A stretch of DNA of 64,000 bases. Origin: Candidatus Latescibacterota bacterium (GTDB lineage: Bacteria > Latescibacterota > UBA2968 > UBA8231). Positions 60,052 to 64,000 of the stretch are shown one piece after another. The position numbers were made by a program, and so were the translations under genes. The DNA lies in assembly GCA_965217585.1 (NCBI GenBank), contig OZ244561.1:1664001-1728000 (forward strand), given 5' to 3'. The notes beneath the pieces are model-generated. The model worked only from the letters and a program-made list of their open reading frames with translations, had not been told where the DNA came from and did no database searches. The first letter of the stretch is position 1. Every line of letters begins with the position of its first letter.

Positions 60052-61787
60052 TGTTTGGTCCGTTTGCCCAATACGTCCGTCCCTATCGGGGGCGCATCCT
60101 GCTCGGCGCGCTCTGCATCGGGTTGGGGCAGGCGGCGACGGCGCGCATCCCACTGCTGGTGCGCGATGCCGTCGATGCGGTCTTGGCGACGGATCCTACC
60201 TCCGAGGAAGTCGCAACCTACGTCTTCCACATCCTCGCCTACGCCCTAGGCGTGGCCTTGTGCGGCTATGTCATGCGGATACTGCTAGGCCGCGTCGCCA
60301 ACCGCATCGAATACGACATCCGCACCGCGTATTTTGCCCACCTGCTCAAGCTGCCGCTGTCGTACTACCAGCAGCGCCGCACCGGCGACCTCATGGCGCG
60401 GGCGACCAACGATCTCCACTCGGTGCATATTTTTTGGGTCTATGGCATTCGCGGCATCGTCGATACCGCCTTGGGGCTGACCTTCACGCTCGCCTGTATG
60501 TGCCTGATCGACTGGAAGCTGGCTCTGCTGGTGCTGATACCCATGCCGCTTTTTAGCGTCGTGATGATCCGCATCGCCGCGGTCATCCACACCCGCTACA
60601 AGGCCATCCAAGAATACTTCGGTCAGATCAGCACCTTCATCCAGGAAAACCTCTCCGGCATCCGCGTGGTCCGGGCCTACACCCAAGAGCCAGCGCAAAA
60701 CGCCGCGTTCGACCAACTCAATTTGGCGTACCTAGAAAAAAACCGCGCCTATATCCTCACCCGCGCCAACTACCGGCCGCTCTCCTACGTCATCGCCTCG
60801 CTCTGCTTGGGGCTGAACTTGTGGCTGGGCGGGCGCGCAGTCATCGACGGCGAACTCAGCTTAGGGGCCTTCGTCGCCTTCAACGCCTACCTGACCCAAC
60901 TCATCCGCCCGATCATGTACATCGGCTGGGTCATCGACCGCGCCCAGCGCGCCCTCGTGTCCATGCAGCGCATCAACGAGATCCTCGCCGTCGAGCCCGA
61001 GATCCAAGACCGCGCCCTGCCCCCGGCCAATCCGCGCCCAATCGCCGGGCACATCGCCTTCCGCAAGCTCAGCTTCTCCTACGGCAGGGAACAAGTCCTA
61101 CACCAGATTGATCTCGATATTCCCCCAGGCAAGACCCTCGGCATCATCGGCCGGGTCGGCTCGGGTAAAACCACCCTAGCGCGCCTCGTGCCGCGCTTGA
61201 TCCAAGCCGGGCCGGGGCAGCTGCTCATCGACGGGGTGCCGATCGAGGAATGGCCCCTAGCGACCTTGCGCGACGCCATCGGCTACGTCCCGCAAAATCC
61301 CTTTCTATTTTCCAATACCCTCAATGCCAACATCGCCTACGGCGCGGATTCTGCCGCAGAAGACCAGATCCACGCCGCGGCCGCAGAGGCTCAGCTCAAA
61401 AAGGACATCGACCAATTCGACGAGGGCTTCGACACCCTCATCGGCGAGCGCGGCGTCACCTTGTCCGGCGGCCAGAAGCAGCGCGCGACCTTGGCCCGGG
61501 CGCTCATTCGCCGCCCACAGATCCTCATCCTCGACGACGCGCTCTCCGCGGTGGACACCCACACGGAAGAAGCGATCCTCGACCACTTGCACACCCTCAT
61601 GCAGGGCCGCACCACCCTCATCATCGCCCACCGCATCTCGACCCTGCGCCACGCCGACTACATAGTCGTCCTAGAGGAAGGCCGCATCGCCGAGCAGGGC
61701 ACCCACGACGAGCTGGTCAACAGCGGCGGCTTCTACGCCGAGCTGTACCAGCGCCAGCAGCTTAGCGCCGAGTTGGAAACGCTGTGA
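60051..61787 (+). CDS. ABC exporter half-transporter (consensus-site subunit)
   Basis: TM domain plus NBD with GRVGSGKT, LSGGQKQR and degenerate Walker B LILDDALS. Confidence 0.9.
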   Translation: MFGPFAQYVRPYRGRILLGALCIGLGQAATARIPLLVRDAVDAVLATDPTSEEVATYVFHILAYALGVALCGYVMRILLGRVANRIEYDIRTAYFAHLLKLPLSYYQQRRTGDLMARATNDLHSVHIFWVYGIRGIVDTALGLTFTLACMCLIDWKLALLVLIPMPLFSVVMIRIAAVIHTRYKAIQEYFGQISTFIQENLSGIRVVRAYTQEPAQNAAFDQLNLAYLEKNRAYILTRANYRPLSYVIASLCLGLNLWLGGRAVIDGELSLGAFVAFNAYLTQLIRPIMYIGWVIDRAQRALVSMQRINEILAVEPEIQDRALPPANPRPIAGHIAFRKLSFSYGREQVLHQIDLDIPPGKTLGIIGRVGSGKTTLARLVPRLIQAGPGQLLIDGVPIEEWPLATLRDAIGYVPQNPFLFSNTLNANIAYGADSAAEDQIHAAAAEAQLKKDIDQFDEGFDTLIGERGVTLSGGQKQRATLARALIRRPQILILDDALSAVDTHTEEAILDHLHTLMQGRTTLIIAHRISTLRHADYIVVLEEGRIAEQGTHDELVNSGGFYAELYQRQQLSAELETL

Positions 61788-63568
61788 GCACCGAACTCAA
61801 CAAAGAAGAAGAAATCCAGCAACGCGCCTTCAATTTGGGGCTGACGCTGCAACTGTTGGGCTATCTCAAACCCCATCGCGGGCGCGTGGTCATCGCCTTC
61901 GGCACCATCGCCCTCGCCGCCGGCACCGGCCAGATCGGCCCCTATCTGACGCAGGTGGCCGTTGACGACTACATCGCCGTCGGCGACTGGGTGGGGTTGC
62001 GGTGGATGATCGCGGCCTTCTTTGGCAGCGTCGCCGTGCAGTACGGTGCCCAATACGCCCAAACCTTGGTCACCGGCATGATCGGCCAGCAGGTCATGTA
62101 CGACATGCGCCGCGACCTCTTTGCCCACCTGCAACAGCTGCCGCTGCGCTACTTCGACCGCACGCCGCTGGGCCGGATTATGACCCGCGCCACCAACGAC
62201 ATCGACGCCCTCAACGAGTTTTTCAGCGAGGGCATCGTCTCGGTCTTTATGGACCTGTTCACCCTGCTGGCCATCGTCGGCTTCATGGCCTATATCGACT
62301 TCGAGCTCGCCCTGATCTGCTGCACGGTAGTCCCGGTCATCGCCACCTCGACCTTCTACCTCCAAGGCCTAGCGGTGCGCGCCTATCGGGAGTTGCGCAC
62401 GCGCCTAGCGCGGCTCAATGCCTATTTGCAGGAGAACATCACCGGCGTGGAGGTGGTGCAACTCTTCAACCGCCAGCAGCGCAATTTGCGCGACTTCGAC
62501 GCCGAGCACCTGCCCTATCGCCGCGCCGAAGATCGCGAAATCCACTGCTATGCCGTCTTCTTTCCCTTCACCGAACTACTCGGCACGGTCGGCATGGCGA
62601 TGGTCCTATGGTACGGGGCCTCGGACGTGATCGACGGCCGCGTCGAGTTGGGGGTGCTGGTGGCCTTTCTCCAGTACATCCGCCGCTTCTTCCGCCCGAT
62701 CATGGACATCTCCGACCGCTATGCCCTGTTGCAGAGCGCCATGGCCGCGTCTGAGCGTATCTTCGAGCTGTTGGCCGTCCCCGGCGAACCCGCCGGTGGA
62801 CCGCGGCGCAATCTGCCGGTGGCCAGCCGCGGCGGCGCGATTGAATTCCGCAACGTGTACTTTAAGTACGATCCAGCGGCCGCAGACTGGATTCTCAAGG
62901 ATGTCTCGTTTGAACTACAGGCCGGGCAGAGCTTGGCGCTGGTCGGGGCCACCGGCTCGGGCAAGACCACCATCGTCAGTCTCCTCTGCCGCTTCTACGA
63001 CATCCAGCATGGGGAAATCCTCGTCGATGGCCGCGACGTGCGCCAGTGGCATGCGGCCGAACTGCGCCGCCGCATCAGCATCGTCCAGCAGGAGGTTTTC
63101 TTGTTTTCGGGGAATATTAGCGGCAATATCCGCCTCGGCGAGGACGCCATCGACGACGCCCAAGTCGAGCGCGCGGCCCGCTACGTCAATGCCGCGCCCT
63201 TTATCGAGCGCCTCCCCCAAGACTTTGCCCACGCCGTGGCCGAAGGCGGCTCGACCCTGTCGGCCGGCCAGCGCCAGTTGTTGGCCTTTGCCCGGGCCTT
63301 AGCCTTCGACCCGAAAATCCTCGTCCTCGACGAGGCGACCTCCAGCATCGACACCGAAACCGAACAACTCATCCAAGACGCCATCGCCAAGCTGATGCAC
63401 GACCGCACCTCCATCGTCATTGCCCACCGCCTCTCGACCATCCGCAGTGCCGACCAGATCTTGGTGATGCACCGCGGCGAGGTGCGCGAGCGGGGCCGCC
63501 ACGAAGAGCTGTTGCTCCAAGACGGCATCTACGCCCGGCTCCACCGCCTCAACTACGGCCAGTCCTAG
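61784..63568 (+). CDS. ABC exporter half-transporter (partner subunit)
   Basis: TM domain plus NBD with GATGSGKT, LSAGQRQL and LVLDEATS; heterodimeric exporter pair. Confidence 0.9.
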   Translation: MSTELNKEEEIQQRAFNLGLTLQLLGYLKPHRGRVVIAFGTIALAAGTGQIGPYLTQVAVDDYIAVGDWVGLRWMIAAFFGSVAVQYGAQYAQTLVTGMIGQQVMYDMRRDLFAHLQQLPLRYFDRTPLGRIMTRATNDIDALNEFFSEGIVSVFMDLFTLLAIVGFMAYIDFELALICCTVVPVIATSTFYLQGLAVRAYRELRTRLARLNAYLQENITGVEVVQLFNRQQRNLRDFDAEHLPYRRAEDREIHCYAVFFPFTELLGTVGMAMVLWYGASDVIDGRVELGVLVAFLQYIRRFFRPIMDISDRYALLQSAMAASERIFELLAVPGEPAGGPRRNLPVASRGGAIEFRNVYFKYDPAAADWILKDVSFELQAGQSLALVGATGSGKTTIVSLLCRFYDIQHGEILVDGRDVRQWHAAELRRRISIVQQEVFLFSGNISGNIRLGEDAIDDAQVERAARYVNAAPFIERLPQDFAHAVAEGGSTLSAGQRQLLAFARALAFDPKILVLDEATSSIDTETEQLIQDAIAKLMHDRTSIVIAHRLSTIRSADQILVMHRGEVRERGRHEELLLQDGIYARLHRLNYGQS

Positions 63569-63816
63569 GCCGCCTCGGCCTCTTCCGGTGCGGCTTTTCC
63601 GCGCCGCGCCGCAATCCCGTCCACGGCCTTCACCACCTGGTCGCGCGTCTCCTCGGCTTGGCGCGCGATTAGACGCCGGGTGTCTTCGCCCTTGTGCGGG
63701 GCCAGTAAAACGCCTATGGCCGCACCGACCGCGACGCCGGCCATAAAACCGGCCAAGAGGCACGTCGTGCCGTTGGTTGAATGCTGCTGCCTGGGGTAAA
63801 TCTTTTCGTAGAACAT
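63565..63816 (-). CDS. YtxH-domain protein
   Basis: GF.AG.AVGAAIGVLLAP.KGEDTR motif. Confidence 0.8.
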   Translation of the reverse strand: MFYEKIYPRQQHSTNGTTCLLAGFMAGVAVGAAIGVLLAPHKGEDTRRLIARQAEETRDQVVKAVDGIAARRGKAAPEEAEAA

Positions 63817-63950
63817 ACAAAGCTCCTTGGGCTATGAGTGCATTTACTTACTATTAAAGAAAACCAAGTGTATTGAATAAAACCAATGCAATTTTTATAC
63901 TTTAAGGCTAAATCCTTCATCCTTCCCCCGCCAACGCAGAGAGGACTTCT

Positions 63951-64000
63951 ATGGCCCAAGTCCTGAGCACCCCTTCGCACAGCCTCAAAGAATTTCGCAT
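63951..64000 (+). CDS. 5' fragment of a gene (MAQVLSTPSHSLKEFR...), possibly IMP dehydrogenase
   Basis: SD GAGGA before ATG; the N-terminus recalls the PS.T..E..L start of some GuaB proteins, but only 16 codons are visible. Confidence 0.4.
   Translation, partial: MAQVLSTPSHSLKEFR

Overview
High-GC bacterial chromosomal window. Nearly all genes from 1 to about 57.9 kb are on the minus strand; a divergent plus-strand operon starts at about 58.1 kb. Gene content (diderm envelope genes, secreted proteins with FlgD/T9SS-type C-terminal domains, mcsA-mcsB-clpC, a divergent 16S) suggests an FCB-group organism such as Latescibacterota or Gemmatimonadota; this is inference only. Housekeeping genes: holB, an MsmX/UgpC-type ATPase, rimI, tsaB, ruvCAB, yebC, an EF-G paralog, a complete rRNA operon (16S, tRNA-Ile, 23S, 5S), rhamnose isomerase, pyrB, fabZ, skp, bamA, clpC-mcsB-mcsA, lolD-lolC/E, prfB with its +1 frameshift, an S8 protease, lolA, ftsK, tsaD, moaDE, hisGDB, rdgB and a heterodimeric ABC exporter. 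Elements absent from or misread by the ORF track: a CxxU SelW/Rdx selenoprotein with a SECIS-like hairpin and a near-consensus sigma70 promoter, a 38-aa basic ORF, a 206-bp palindromic MITE with TIRs and a TSD, a ~170-nt intergenic hairpin, and a uORF coupled to a 2416-aa surface protein. That protein carries a ~430-aa Ala/Asp insert with anomalous codon use plus dockerin- and cohesin-like modules. Other oddities are substitutions in normally near-invariant 23S H69/H71 and 16S 338/351 positions, and a bamA-skp-fabZ cluster without lpx genes.
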